Notes: generated by a model not told the origin, from the letters alone. Counted from the first letter of the whole stretch, positions 49,460-63,220 are shown. The stretch: DNA of 63,364 nucleotides, filler included, from Phoronis australis (GCA_002633005.1; 12 parts of 12 records of this genome joined end to end with filler, not necessarily neighbours in it); one strand, 5' to 3'. Program-made: numbers and translations.

Positions 49460-52400
49460 CATGTATGCAACAACACAGTAATCAAAATGAAACTTCAAGC
49501 AGTAACAAGATTGGGTACAGCAGTACATTTTTTGGTTTATCATACCCTGAAGATAACTGACATCTTAAGGTACACGCCTAGCACCGTTGATTTTTCCATT
49601 GCATTGACCATGATATTTCTTAAGACACATCATTCAATAGTACTAGGATTGTGAGATGCTTGAGATCACATCATTCAATACCTTGTGAGTTAAGGTGATT
49701 TTAGAAGTTTCGTACATTAGTTTCCACTAAGTGCGTGGATATATTGGGACAAAATTTTGTACCTATGAATGACGTATGGGTGAGGGATTGTCTCCTTCGA
49801 ACAGCGACAGACCAGCTGTTAAAAATGAAGGATTGTGTCGTTTTAATAATCTAGAGATTGAAGGCTCATACCTGAGACATAGTTCCTTGTGTACTGACAG
49901 TACATAATGTGTAGTTCAAACACAAAGCTGCCTACAGTTTAGGTTTTTTTGAAATTCATATTTAGGCCTGAAATGATACTTTTCAAAAATGGCAGTAAAG
50001 TGACAAAGACATGACATTACACTAATTATAAGTGTGTTGTGTTTTAAGACATGAGTTTCCACACAAAAATTAAAAATATATATGATTTTAAGGCTGAAAC
50101 CGGATTCTTAACAAGATTTTTGATAAAACATTAAAAGGCTTTATGAAGGTTGACAAATACCTTAAAGATTTTTTCTCATAATGCTAATTTGAAAATTATT
50201 CTCAATAATATAGCTACTGCATATTACTAAGTGGATATGTGAATTTTCATGCATGTCACCCAGTCACAGTGGAGACGTGTATAAAGATTAAGATCTTATA
50301 TGTTTATAATTTTTGCAACTCAAAAATAAAAGGTATGAACCAAGAAAAAATCTGATGTACAAGACAAGCTGTCAACAAATGCAGAAGGTAATTACTGACT
50401 TTCTAAAACCGCTCTGAAGTGGTGATGTATAACAACTATTATTAAAATGTCTTGGTCGGAGAATAGACGACAGAAACGTCGTGACAATGTAAATAGACTA
50501 GAGTTTGGTATAAATAGACCAAGAGATTTTAATAACAGAAGGTAATTATTTCAACATTACTTTGAAAGAAATGAAGAAAAAGAATGAGTTGTCAACGCCA
50601 ACACGAATAAAATAGTGAGAGCACCAGAAGACCTCGAGTCACTTCTGACCAAACACTAATTTACATATTATTCAAGAGTAAATGATTGTAATGGTCACTT
50701 ACGGGGTACTGAGTCAATAAAGCTCGAAGACGAATATGGTAATTCCTCACTTGTTTTGCACAAAAACATTTGGTAAAATTGTCATTTCTCTTGGTTTTTG
50801 ACATCTCCGCAATACAAACCTAGCTAGTAAAAAACTCATTTTTTCCATACCTTTATTTGTGCGGAAAATTTTGAAAAAACAGAATTTCAATTGTCAGCCG
50901 TAATGTGTGCATTTCGTGAAGAATCATCATACATCATCTAGACAGAGCATATTTACTCTGAGGTGCAAAGTGTCAATCAACATGTAATACTTTTTTCTGC
51001 AACTTATGAATTGAAATGTCACGTGTGCCAGCTCTAAAGTCTTTTTTTTCCACAAATATTATGCAAATCATGTATACTACGGTACTATGCATTTGTTCAG
51101 TTGCTCTTCCTTGACTATTTACTGAGCATGAAACTGCTTGTGTATTAACGTCTCTTTATTACTTATAAATGCTGGTAAAGAGTGCAAAGGTGTAGATAAT
51201 AAAGATACCACCACTACTTAATCTTGTATCGTGACATGGCACTGGGAAATAACACTGCATGATGCAGGCTACATGAGCCCATGAGGTACATCATTAGTGC
51301 AAAGGTCATATATTTGCAAAAAATTTTTCTTTTCACATCTACAAGTTGTCAATGAATACAATTGCCTTTTGTTTAGGGTAGATTATGTTAAAATAGCATT
51401 TTGGTTTAGTTCCTGCTATACACTAGCAATAGGAGCATGCAAATACATTAAATGACCCTTGGGTTTGACAAGACGTTCTGTCCAATACCTGTCAGCATTT
51501 TCATAAGCACTTTCACTAGTAGTAAAAACAACATTTTAATGTTAAGTTTTACAGAAACCACTAGATTTCAGTCTCATCTCAAGATCTTCGTTGGGTGGAA
51601 TAGCGGGTAACTGGGGCCTAGCCTGTGTCTGTTTCGTCATCATTGTCATGTGTGACCTCTGGCAATGCAACCAGCGGCTTACTTTAAAGGACACATATGC
51701 GCTGTGAGGTATAAGATGCCCTTACTCTATTGCCCCATCAAATAATTAATGGAAGAGTGTGTAAGTGTTTTGACATCAATTTTTGTTCAAAACCAACTCG
51801 ACTTGTCAGGAGATGAACTAACCGCTGGTAAAAATTACTCTTTTGTAGACAGCTCTTTGTCTGGTAAAACGCTAATGAGAACGCCATTGAAAGTGCTAGC
51901 ATTGTCATCACTCATGTAGAATTAGATTACAGCAGTTTGTAACTCATGTGGCAAGCTGATCCTGGCATTTTATACCACTGGAGTTAAACACAAGCATATA
52001 CATGCAATTAATCTGTGGAAAATTTTAAGCCAAAACCACCAAAAACGAACTATTTACTCTGACTAACTTCTAGACTCAAAACTTAAAATTGCTCTAAACC
52101 AGTCCGTCCAAGAAACCAACACCACATACGTAGTGTTGTTAAATTGGTCTCAACTTGTTCCTAACTGAACTCAGAAGAGAAGTGACTTGAGAGTTTGCAA
52201 AGTATTGGCAACACTACTTTCATAACGGTAGGGGTCTAAATCAACAGTCAGTTTTTGTGATGGTGGATGGGTTTATAGCCGCTTGGAGATAGACAGCTTC
52301 GACCCCTTTAGGTGTAGTCAGAGATGCAACGGCTTTTACTTCTTCATTAGGAAAGCAGATAGCTTACCGAAAGCTACAGGATAACTTCTAGTGTCAAAAA

Positions 52401-52965
52401 GCTTCGACAACTGACAAAGCAACTCACATGCTGTTATTAAGCTGGTAACTTACATACCAGTCGCGAATGGAATTTCAATACTGTCGACTTTGATTTTAAT
52501 TGAGGTCTTTTTAATTTTGGTCTGCACGGCAAACAAATGAGGTCGTAACTTAATAAAATATTTATTTTTATTCAAATTCATTAGGTCATGTGATGTGGCC
52601 TATGGGTGGCCTGCACACCAGGCTTTAAAATGTTTGCGATTTATATTTCCACACCAGTTTATATTTACAAATTCATATAACAAACAAGAACATTTGTTAA
52701 AATAAATGCCACATTTCCATTTTTCGAAATTACACTCCTTCACTAAAACACCATGTATGGTTTGATGGTAGCTACACAATACAAGAGCAACACAGAGCAT
52801 TTATAAGCACCACAGAGTGAATCATACAGCACTAACTATAAGCGATGATTACTACACAATCTCCCAAGAGGTGAGCAATACTAGTCAACGCAAAATAGCC
52901 TATGAGGAGAGTAAAACAAGTTGCACAAAAAATTAATTTTTCAGACATTAATCAAGCATATTAAT

Positions 52966-53484
52966 AACAAGATGGGTGTTAAACAATTGCTTCAAAAACC
53001 ACACAGCACCCTCCTGTGGCATTTGTCCAAAATTTAATTGGTGTTGTCTTATCCGCAATAAAAGCAAGAATTAATGCTTAAGTTCACAAAGAACCCTCAA
53101 GCAGTATAAGCAGAGAGCTACATGTAAGGCACACCAAAAAGTTGTTTCCAAGAATATAAAATAATCAGGCACCCTCCTGTGGCATTTGTCCAAAATTTAA
53201 TTGGCGTTGTCTTATCCGCAATAAAAACAAGTGTTTAACTTCACAAAGAACCCTCAAGCAGTATAGGCAGAGAGCTACATGTAAGGCACACCAAAAAGTT
53301 GTTTCCAAGAATATAAAATAATCAGGCACCCTCCTGTGGCATTTGTCCAAAATTTAATTGGCGTTGTCTTATCCGCAATAAAAACAAGTATTTAACTTCA
53401 CAAAGAACCCCCAAGCAGTATAAGCAGAGAGCTACATGTCAAGCACACCAAAAAGTTGTTTCCAAGAATAAAAAACAATCAGGC
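52966..53484 (+). repeat. 157-163-bp tandem repeat, 3 copies, behind a HINE-like head
   Basis: Units start at 53006, 53169 and 53326. Head AACAAGATGGGTGTT...AGCACCC. Confidence 0.85.
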
Positions 53485-54573
53485 TTCACAGCTATCTTTC
53501 ACAGTTTCGTAGAGAGAGAGGCGACTTCAGAGGGCACACTGAAGACTTCAATCCACCTGCTGAATTTCAATGAAGATCCATCACAAGACTCGGTAGATAT
53601 AGAAGTAAAGGCAAAGAATACTAAAACTGCCATAAGGAAAGGACACATCAGTTAAGACTCATTTGAAAATCAATGCCAGGAAAGCTGTCCTCCATAACAA
53701 CATATTTGATGAATAATATGAAGATGTATGTCTCAGGTTCACAACCAGTGCGACTATTATGTAGGGATACGTGAACAATACAGAGTCATTTCAAGCTTTG
53801 TTTCGATTACATGGATACGGTAATTCCTCACTTATTTTGCACTCTCGCCTATTTTTGCTCACCCAAAATTATTTGGAAACTAATATTTTGTCCCTCACTA
53901 ATTTCACAAGGTGGGAATTTGTTTCTTCGTCTAATTCCCATAGTTAGTTTTGCACCTTTGGAAAATAATAAGGCAACACCTGCTAATTAATCCTGGTAAT
54001 ACACAACACTTAAACCAAATTATTAATGTCTGATCCATTCACATGGGATATCTTATGCTGCTGTAAACATGAAGAGAAGTGTGTGATACAAATGAGTGTG
54101 GTGTAACTTTAGACTCAAATGTTGGCAAAAGAGTTTCTTCAACCATGGGTTCATCTGCCAACTATGGGATAACAAACGTTTACATTGGAAGGAATAAAGT
54201 AACTTAATTACCATTAATTAGACCGTGTTGACATCCCATAGGCCTCATTTCATTTCCACGATTTATAGGAGCAGTTGACAATGCTTGAATAGTAAGTCAA
54301 TTTCTCACATCCCTCAACTGAGTCAGTAAATTCAGTTCATTTGGCAAACTCTGTCATGCGTAATTTTGTGACATAAGTGGAGGAATACTGTTTTAAGTCA
54401 GACAAAAATAATTCAAGTTCTGAACCAACACGAGATAACCCATCCACAATCAAGACTACATACATGCACGGTGAGGTTCATAAAGATATCTTTCTTCATT
54501 ACACACTGCCTTTGACATGACTCAACACTTGAGAAAAAACAACACAAAAGTTTTTGAGTCATTACCTTTTTCT

Positions 54574-55212
54574 AACAAGAGCAACGCGGAGCATTCAAAT
54601 GCATCCACGAATGCACCACAAATGGGGTGCGTCTAGCCTTGATTATTTGCATCAGAAAAATAGCCACTAGATGGCACAAAATGTCCAGTACTTCTAAAAG
54701 CGGGAAGTGCTATCTAAGAAGCTATCTAGAAAACTATTTACCAAATTTCATAAAAATCTATCAAGGAATTTCAGAGAAACAAAAGAAACGTAAAAAAATG
54801 AAATTGCCACTAGGAGGCACAGCATTCCTTGGATCTGCCTAAAAGTCGTCTTTTTCTGTTGTTAGCTTCATATAGATACCCTCACTAAATTTAATAAAAA
54901 TTCTGGAGTGGGTTTAGGAGATATACCTATGGGCACAAAACAAAACAAAACTATCACCACGAGCCACCACAGTAGTTCAAGTCATCGCCAACCGTCCTCT
55001 TCACACTGAGAACATATACGCCATCTTTAAAAATCACGATCCTTAGAATGGATTGGTCGATAGAGGATGGACTCAAAAACAGCAAAAACAGCCACTAGGT
55101 GGTGCAAAATTCCTCGATTTCAACCGAAAACGGGAGGTAGCGTTATCTCACCAATAGATGCCTATATTCCAAATTCTATGAAAGTCCATTGAGGACTTTT
55201 GAAGAAACAGAC
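54574..55212. mobile_element. HINE-like satellite element, copy 2 (cut by scaffold end)
   Basis: Same AACAAGAGCAACGCGGAGC head and monomers as 30395. Confidence 0.85.
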
Positions 55213-55415
55213 NNNNNNNNNNNNNNNNNNNNNNNNNNNNNNNNNNNNNNNNNNNNTTAATTAATTAANNNNNNNNNNNNNNNNNNNNNNNNNNNNNNNN
55301 NNNNNNNNNNNNCTTCACGAATACTCCAAATCGCCGTATAAGATGGGCAATAATGAAAATCGAAAGTGTTTTATGTCCGGTAGGTATTATCTTGTGTATA
55401 ACTGCGTAGTGCTTG

Positions 55416-55565
55416 CCTGCGTTCAGTAGACGCTAGGACCTACGCTAGGACCTAGCTAAAACCTAGTCAAAGTCACGTGTTCTTATTTAAAATACACGGC
55501 AGTATCTCACGTAATCTCGCGAAGTCTTGCTTTTTAGCGAGGTCCTAGCGCTACTGAACAGGAGG
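55416..55565. mobile_element. MITE family B
   Basis: CTTG on both flanks. Confidence 0.85.
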
Positions 55566-56086
55566 CTTGACATGCAGTACGCGTAACCAATGGTACCCAC
55601 TCTTGTCAGTCTGCAAGGTTAATCTCCCAGTGCAATATATTGATGTTAGCACATGTAGTATCAATATTACCTTGCGCCCACAGTGTTACCGAGTTCCCTG
55701 CCACTACCGATTCCCAGTGCAGTAGCGGTAAAATTAGAGGTAAGTAGGCGCCCAAAGCCCACCGCATCACCTTGAACATTGAACGTAACTTATGGTGCGT
55801 ATGCGCTACGTTCAAATGCGAAAAGGTGGTTGGCTGCGCCTACGCCCCAATACAGCACTGACGATTCCCCTGCCTGCCCCTAGCGAGTCCCCTGACACTG
55901 CCGACGGAGTCGCTAACACCATAGCAATGTGTTGCTAGTCTATCATGTGTATTGTGTACTGTACAATGTCACTATTCAATATGTGCACGTGTATGTATAA
56001 GGCCTAAATTTGCCACGTGGTTACGTCAGTAATGCTTTGTCGTTTCCACAAAACCATTGATATCACAAACTTCTCAACGTTTCCAG

Positions 56087-56309
56087 GTTATACCGGTTTC
56101 GTGCCTCGTGCCAGGGGCCTGCAGGGCAAGGGCTACCCGATCATCACACACGAAGCACTCAACACATTCACAGATAACTTCAAGAAATACACCGAAGGAC
56201 AACGGAAGCCCGTACAGATCATTCGCCACGACCCTGTAGTCGTGGATACGANATCACATCTACCCGCTGCATTCGGGTGTCGTACCCAACTACACTGGGC
56301 ACATTCCAG
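56087..56309 (+). CDS. FAM166/CIMIP2-family ciliary microtubule inner protein, penultimate exon
   Basis: GYTGFVPRAR..GKGYP..T and IYPLHSGVVPNYTGHIPG repeats. The frame is restored by deleting the N at 56252. Confidence 0.8.
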
Positions 56310-56712
56310 GTAGGTCGCTTGATTCATTAAACTAATTGTGGCCGTAAGTGGCATTTTCACTCCACGTTTCGTAGTGATACCAACTTTTATATACTCCAAC
56401 ATAGGGCGACTCAGAAACAGCGCATTCCGCTCTAAGTTGGACCACTTTTTACTTACGACGGACATGAGAAATAAAACTAATATCAATATTAAAGTTTTTA
56501 AGAACATTGTTAGGCCTAAGGACGCTTGACCAATCGAAAGGAATGCAACAGCTACAGTTTGATGTAACAATCCAACGTGGGTTCAGCGAGCTGTTAACAC
56601 CCATGATATCTGCAACAAAATTATTTCAGGATGTGTGTTTGTTGTTTAATGTGACAGACCTGCGGTCGTTTTGTGGAATCTCGACGACAATTGCATTCTT
56701 TTCGATTTACAG

Positions 56713-56924
56713 GACAGAAATTTCGATTCGGAAGGACCTTTGGTCACAGTACCATCGATGCCGTCAACCATTCGGGATTTTCAAAAGAATTCATGCCGGC
56801 TGTTGGTAACTGGCAGAAAGGAACCACAGTTCTTCCTGAATCCGCTACGGCACCCATGCACACGCTAGCCACGAGTTCGATGCAAACGAACACGCAGCGG
56901 ACGGCACAGCCGATGGTTGCTTAA
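56713..56924 (+). CDS. FAM166/CIMIP2-family terminal exon
   Basis: GQKFRFGRTFGHST completes the PxYTGHIPGxKFRFGxTFG repeat. Confidence 0.8.
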
Positions 56925-57369
56925 ACCACGCGAAGAAAAACGAGAAGAAATTAGCTGCTGGGGATGAAACTATGTAATTTTGCCAGACTCCCTCAACAGA
57001 ATGCGTGACGTCATCGTCACTTTAGATGGTCTTTCCGTAGAGCTGTTTTCAAGTGTATAATTACGATTTTTTGATTAAATTATGCATAATAAAATAGCCA
57101 TTATCCCTAGCGGTTAATTGTCTCGGATGTGTATGCTAATCCCAGGGTAGAATGTCTTCGATTTACAACGTCTGTGATGTTAATTTTCTTAAATAAATTA
57201 AGTTACGCGAACGTTAAATGTTTCATGTAGTATCAAACGGATTGAAAAAGATGAGATTGAAGAGATGAGTTTTTCCACGGTGGGCTAAAGACGTAACTAT
57301 ATGTAGTTTCTTGTTTCAAGACGTTTATTGTAAAGGGAGAGTGGAATCTCATGGTGGTTGTAGTGTTAC

Positions 57370-57473
57370 ACTGTGTGAGCATACCAAGGGTATGTGTTTT
57401 CACTGCTTTGGGATACCAAGGTATGTGTGGTCACTGCGTAGGAATACCAAGGTAAGTGTTGTCACTGCTTAGG
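57370..57473 (+). repeat. ~31-bp minisatellite, 3 copies
   Basis: ATACCAAGGTATGTG...TCACTGC units. Confidence 0.8.
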
Positions 57474-58202
57474 CAGCTGTTATGTGACAAGTGCTCGGTT
57501 GCATGAAACTATTCCAAATAGGAAGTCAACCAGGTTCTCTCAATAGTTTAGCATTTTTGTCTTTGTTTACTCACAAATATTCAATTTTCAGATCTCTTCA
57601 TTTTATTACGAGCCCTTCTTTTACCGTTCTTTCCTAATGATACGTCTGAAATTAATCTTCAAATTTCGGGCATTTTATGAACAGGTCGCTATTTATTTTC
57701 ATTGAGAACCAAACATAGAGTTGACGCTGTGTACCAGAGCCTATGAATTGTAATGAAGATATGATTACAAAATTCAGTCGGTGTCGTTATAAGTCCACAT
57801 TGCGGTGGAAATATGCGAAAAGTAGCCGAGTCACTGTTTGAGACTGTTTCATGCTGCCGGACATTATTTCCTAACTGCAGTTAAATTCCTGTGTACACTC
57901 GCTCCACTTTAACTTGCCTCTCAGCTACGAGACGCATCCCCTCATAGCGGCCAAATAACGAACTAGAATTCAATTAACGCAACTGTCGATGAATTACGAA
58001 ACTGTGCTTCCTCAAAGAGCGTGAAAATTGGTGACATCCATTGCCTCCATTAAGATTNNNNNNNNNNNNNNNNNNNNNNNNNNNNNNNNNNNNNNNNNNN
58101 NTTAATTAATTAANNNNNNNNNNNNNNNNNNNNNNNNNNNNNNNNNNNNNNNNNNNNCGTGCATTTTGCACCCGCTTGCGAGGCCACGCCACTATGAGCC
58201 AG

Positions 58203-58736
58203 TGTAATGTATTGTTGGGTCCATCATTGTTACAATTGTACATGTTGCAACTGACCAATCAGAGATGTGAAAAAAGGCAGTTCGTTCTTGATACATCGTG
58301 CTGTCAGTCGTGTATCTTACATGGCATCAGGAAACTTGTCGAATTCACGCAGCAATGGAGCACTTGAAACCTCCTGGAAAGTTGTTGTTTGATGGAAACG
58401 TGGCTCAGAACTATAGGATATGGCTCAAACGCTTTGAACTGTATTGCAATGGCATCGGGTTTGAATGACAAATCAGATACAGTTCAGTGTGCAACATCTT
58501 TACATTTGGCAGGTGAGGATACAATCAAGGTTTGCAACACTATGACGTTTCCCGAGTCGGACGAAAACAAAATTAAGCCTCTAAAAGACAAATTCCAGTA
58601 ACATTGTGAGCCTCTGAAGAATATCATATTCATCAAGCACCATTTTTTCACCCACAGTCAAGAGAAAGGTGAGACATTTGACTATTTCATCACAGACCTT
58701 AGAACGCATGCTAAAGACTATGAATTTGACACATGA
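58203..58736 (+). mobile_element. 5' relic of a Gypsy LTR retrotransposon (short LTR, PBS, gag)
   Basis: TGTAA...TTACA at 58203-58321, PBS-like TGGCATCAG, and gag from 58355: MEHLKPPGKLLFDGNVAQN..W..RFELY...HFFTHSQEKGETFDYFITDLRTHAK, with a frameshift and a stop. Confidence 0.85.
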
Positions 58737-59474
58737 TTTTATAAAAATGTCAAGTGCTAATTACTTCTGTGGTTACCTCACTTGAAAAAATATCAAAGCC
58801 TCAAAAGTTCTGAGAATGTCATGTGACTGTGCATTTCAAGCCCTATTTGTGAGTTCAATTAAATCGTGTTGCAGATACATCAACACCAAACGTCTGAATT
58901 GTGGGCCTCTGGATACCCATCTCACACTTTAAATATTGTCAAGTTTCCCTTTGCAGATTATACAATCCAAGGTAAAAGATGATATAGGGTTGATAACAAT
59001 GGGTGCGACTATTACTTAGGCAATGTTGACAAAGTCATTCTACAGTTTTGATGTACATGTAATTAGCAACTTTGTAAAAACAACTTGTCGTAAATATGCC
59101 AGTGCACGTATTGGTGGTTTCCTGAGAGGAGAGGCAGACAGAAGCCTTAAAGGCAGAGGTACATGAACAAAAGGTACCATGGGTTTGTTCGATAAACTCA
59201 GAGATTTATCGTATGGTAGAAATTAATAAAATTTGAACTAATTTGATGGACATCATATCATTTGCTCAAGTTGTCCAAACAATTTCCTGTGATCTGTTAC
59301 TAAACTTGTGTAGCAATTGTCCTTGTATTGTTTAAAAGCACAATAGAATACATGTGTACTTTAAAGAGTTATTATTAGTTGTTCTGAACCTCCGCGTTTC
59401 GTCTCTATTTGGCGTTGTTCCATTTTGCGGTATCGTGAAACAACGTTAAACGGCTAAAACAAGTTGCACCGTAT

Positions 59475-60537
59475 ACAAGAGAAACGCAGAGCATTAGAAT
59501 GCGCCCACGAATGCATTGCAAATGGTGTGCTTTTAGGGTTATTTATTTTTATCATAAAAATGGCCACTAGATGGCGCAAAAATGTACAATCCATCCAAAA
59601 ACAGAACATGCCATATTTCATAAAAATCTGTCAAGGAACTTCAGTGAAACAAAAGAAAACAGAATAAAATGAAATTGCCACTAGTGGGCACATCGTCCGT
59701 TGGATTCGTCTGAAAGTTGTTGTCTCTTGTTATCTTCATATAAATACACTTACAAAATTTAATAAAGATCCTGCAGAGGGCTTAGGAGATACAACTATGG
59801 GCACCAAACAAAACAAAACTACCACTAAGAGGCGGCACAGTAGTTAGTCGCCATCATCAAACGTCCTCTTCACACTGAGAATATATACGGCAATTTCAAA
59901 ACCATCCCTAGAATGATTTGGTTGATAAAGGGGTAGACGCCAAAAACAAGATTTGAAAACAAAAAAATGGCCACTAGGTGGTGCAAAATCCCTCGATTCC
60001 ATCAAAAAACAGCAAAATAACGTCATCTCACAAATAGCTACCTATATCTAAAATTTTTGGAAAATCGGTTGAGGACCTTTGAAGATACAGAGTTAAACGT
60101 AAAAACTAAAATTGCCACTAGGAGGCACACCAGCAGTCAGATCTTTTCGAAAGTCGTCGTCGTTCGTAGTCAACATCATATAAATACACTTACTAAATTT
60201 CGTAAAGAACCCGTGAACAGTTTAGGAGACACAGCTATAGGCACAAAAAACTGTCACTAGGAGGCGCCACAGTAGTCGAAGTCGGAAAATCATGGTCGGA
60301 CGTCAACTTCATAGTACATGCCAATTTTCACAACCATCCTTTGTGCGATTTAGCTGATAGAGGGGTGGACGCAAAAAAACAGACTCAAAAACAGTAAAAA
60401 CGGCCACTAGGTGGCGCAAACTACGTTGAATCCATCTGAAAATGAGTGGATTGTGTCATCTCACTAATAAGTGCCTACATACCAAATTTCATTAAAATCC
60501 GTTGACTTTTGAAGATACAGAGGCAAGTGTAAAAAAA
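59475..60537. mobile_element. HINE-like satellite element, copy 3 (cut by scaffold end)
   Basis: Same head plus seven monomers. Confidence 0.85.
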
Positions 60538-61535
60538 NNNNNNNNNNNNNNNNNNNNNNNNNNNNNNNNNNNNNNNNNNNNTTAATTAATTAANNNNNNN
60601 NNNNNNNNNNNNNNNNNNNNNNNNNNNNNNNNNNNNNAAGCACATATGCGCACTTCACAGTGGTGCTCCCGTTTTTTTTTTTAATCCGCCCATGTTTTTG
60701 TTAGGTGTTAGGATAAGGTCCACGACTTGAGGAATTCGAGCCCCCCAAATTGAAGGCTGGGTGCGCGCATTTACTCAATCACAAATTCCTCCGATTCTTT
60801 GACACAAGTTACGATAAAGGAGAAAATGAGTGACCATAAGGCCAATAATTACAAAAATTCTTTACCATGAACAAAAATTTCACCTGATTATACAGGAACT
60901 ACGAGATGCAACTAGGGCCAAAATGAAGGGGAAGGTTTCTCACAAACGTTCTAGAACCCAAGTGTCTCGAAGCTTACAAATACCGAAAACCAAGGAGTTT
61001 GCCACAACTAATGAGTTGGATTACCTAATTCTCCTCTACCAAGGTATCCAGATGGCGTTCATTTCAGCGGTGAAGGCATATAAATAGGCTATATCATGAA
61101 GCGTATATGTATCACTGAGAAGTGGTAGATGTTACTTCCAACCAAGGACAGTTTTGCCACCTATTCACTCGGAAAATAGCTTACAGTTATTGGAGTTTCA
61201 TCGCCCTTTCCCGGTTTTTCAACCTGTGTGGAGCTTCTTAAGACCTTTGACATTCAATAACACAGTATCGTCGTCGCTAACTGTTATTTTAACCAGCAAC
61301 TCGTATATGTAACACTGGACTGCAGTGTTGTTTATAATATCCTTTGCGTGACGTCAATGTCATGTGATGCTGTGATCTTTCATGATGTGGTTGTACGTGG
61401 ATATTTATAGAAACATGGGAATAACCTTGAGGGGTTCAACATGGCGTCGAATGGTGCAGTTGGGAGGTAAGATAATTTTGAACGACTATTTCAAAAGTAC
61501 CGTTATGCATAGTTTTAACAATGGGCGAACCGACG

Positions 61536-62036
61536 GATATATGCATGATATAGGGTAAAGTGAAAACGTGCATTTTAAAATGTGTCGGTTTTTGATAGTG
61601 AAATCGACACATTTCGTTTCTCAACTAAAACCCGCAAAAACTTGCTGATTAAACTACGATCACCGACTGGATCGTCACTTTCTGGCAGCGGGACAGCGGG
61701 CGCGAACTTCTCCCAGTGTGTCCTCCACCAATCCGTGGGTAATGGATACGTGGCGCAGGGCAGCCGATCAGGCCTTATATGTTCACCGCTTCAGATGCCA
61801 TACTGGGAGACCACATAAAATATATATGCCGGTGGGCACTTAGTCCGCGGCATCACGACCGCCAACGCAGGGACAGACCGGCCTGCCAGCGCTCCGCCCT
61901 CGGCACCGCAGACCCCGCAAGCTGCCGGACTTGACCCCGTGGACCGCCGTCTGGGGAGTTTTCACACTGAGATACCCGGGACACAACTTGAGGGACTGTA
62001 TCCCGGCCTGCCGATAGACCCCGCTGTATGCTTACC
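61536..62036 (-). repeat. GC-rich interspersed repeat, copy 3 (longest; distal boundary uncertain)
   Basis: 61536-61896 is the reverse complement of 1-376. GC-rich sequence continues to about 62036. Confidence 0.85.
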
Positions 62037-62636
62037 TTTAGTGTTATATTTTCAAAGTAGGGACGTGACAAAAAAATTTTTTCAAAACTTACATTTAATT
62101 TTGATGTCATTAGAAAGCTATCATCAAGAGCTTTCCAAAAATATATATATTTTTTACACTTATTTTGTACCTAAAATACTTCCAGAGATATTGCATTGTA
62201 ACGATCGCTTTTGAAGCTACGAATTGTCCTATTGTTTTAGCCCAAAACATGACGCATTATATTAGTATTTTTTACAACATATAATCATAACTTCGCCAGT
62301 TCTCAGCCAATTTAAATGAAACTTTTTTTGTTTGAAAGATAATTATGTTTAGAATCTGGTTTGATAAACACCAAAACAATTCTCGACTGGAATGATTAAC
62401 TGATTGTAATTAAGTTAATTAGTCAAGAGAAAATTCTCGCAATTCTTTCTCTAGATGTAACACTAATAGGATTCTAAAGCTACGGGCGCTTAATTAAGAG
62501 TAACAATACATAAAAATACAACCTTTTTGTTAATTATACGCAGAAAATAAGTATTAAGTAGTAATCAACTAATCACCAAAACGGACTTGAATAACCATAG
62601 TATCGTCTTTATTGTAAGTACATGAACACTTTCTAT

Positions 62637-63220
62637 AACAAGAGCAATGCGGAACTGAAAAGCAAGTCAATGCTCTCCTCAATGTGAGCACACCACCCTT
62701 GATCACGATTCTAAACGTAGTTTGGAGCAGAGCGATGTGAGCAATGTATGAGACATTGTGTGATACCCAACAAAGCACAGACACTTCAAACACTGATGAA
62801 CGCAGTAGAAGATGTGGATGAGTGTCCAATTTTGTAGAATGAGTGTGTTTTGATTTCAAAACACTATTGATGTCAAAAGTGATACAAAATTGACTTACCC
62901 AAATTTAAGAAATAGAAAAAATATATACAGTAAATGTCAAACCCATCCGAAAATATGAAGGCGTCATCATCTCTTTCATAGAGCTTATATGCTGAATTTC
63001 ATGAAGATTCATCAAGGAACTCGCATGACACCGAGGCAATCGTAAAAAATAAAAAAAAATTGCCACTACGGGTCACCACAGTAGTCGAACCTGCCCAGAA
63101 ATCCGCGTCAGCAGTAGCCTTCTCATCATTATGATCATTTGAGAAATTTGGCAAACAGGAAAGGCGATGTCACCAACGTACTCGTGTTTTTAAATTGCCA
63201 GCAGGTGGTGCAAAATATGC
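62637..63220. mobile_element. Diverged relative of the HINE-like element
   Basis: AACAAGAGCAATGCGGA head and monomer-like blocks (TTGCCACTACGG, TTGCCAGCAGGTGGTGCAAAAT). Confidence 0.55.

Noticed and set aside
61700-62036. Hammerhead or HDV-like ribozyme in the GC-rich repeat
   Set aside because: The catalytic core motifs could not be placed in a valid topology by eye. A covariance-model search is needed.
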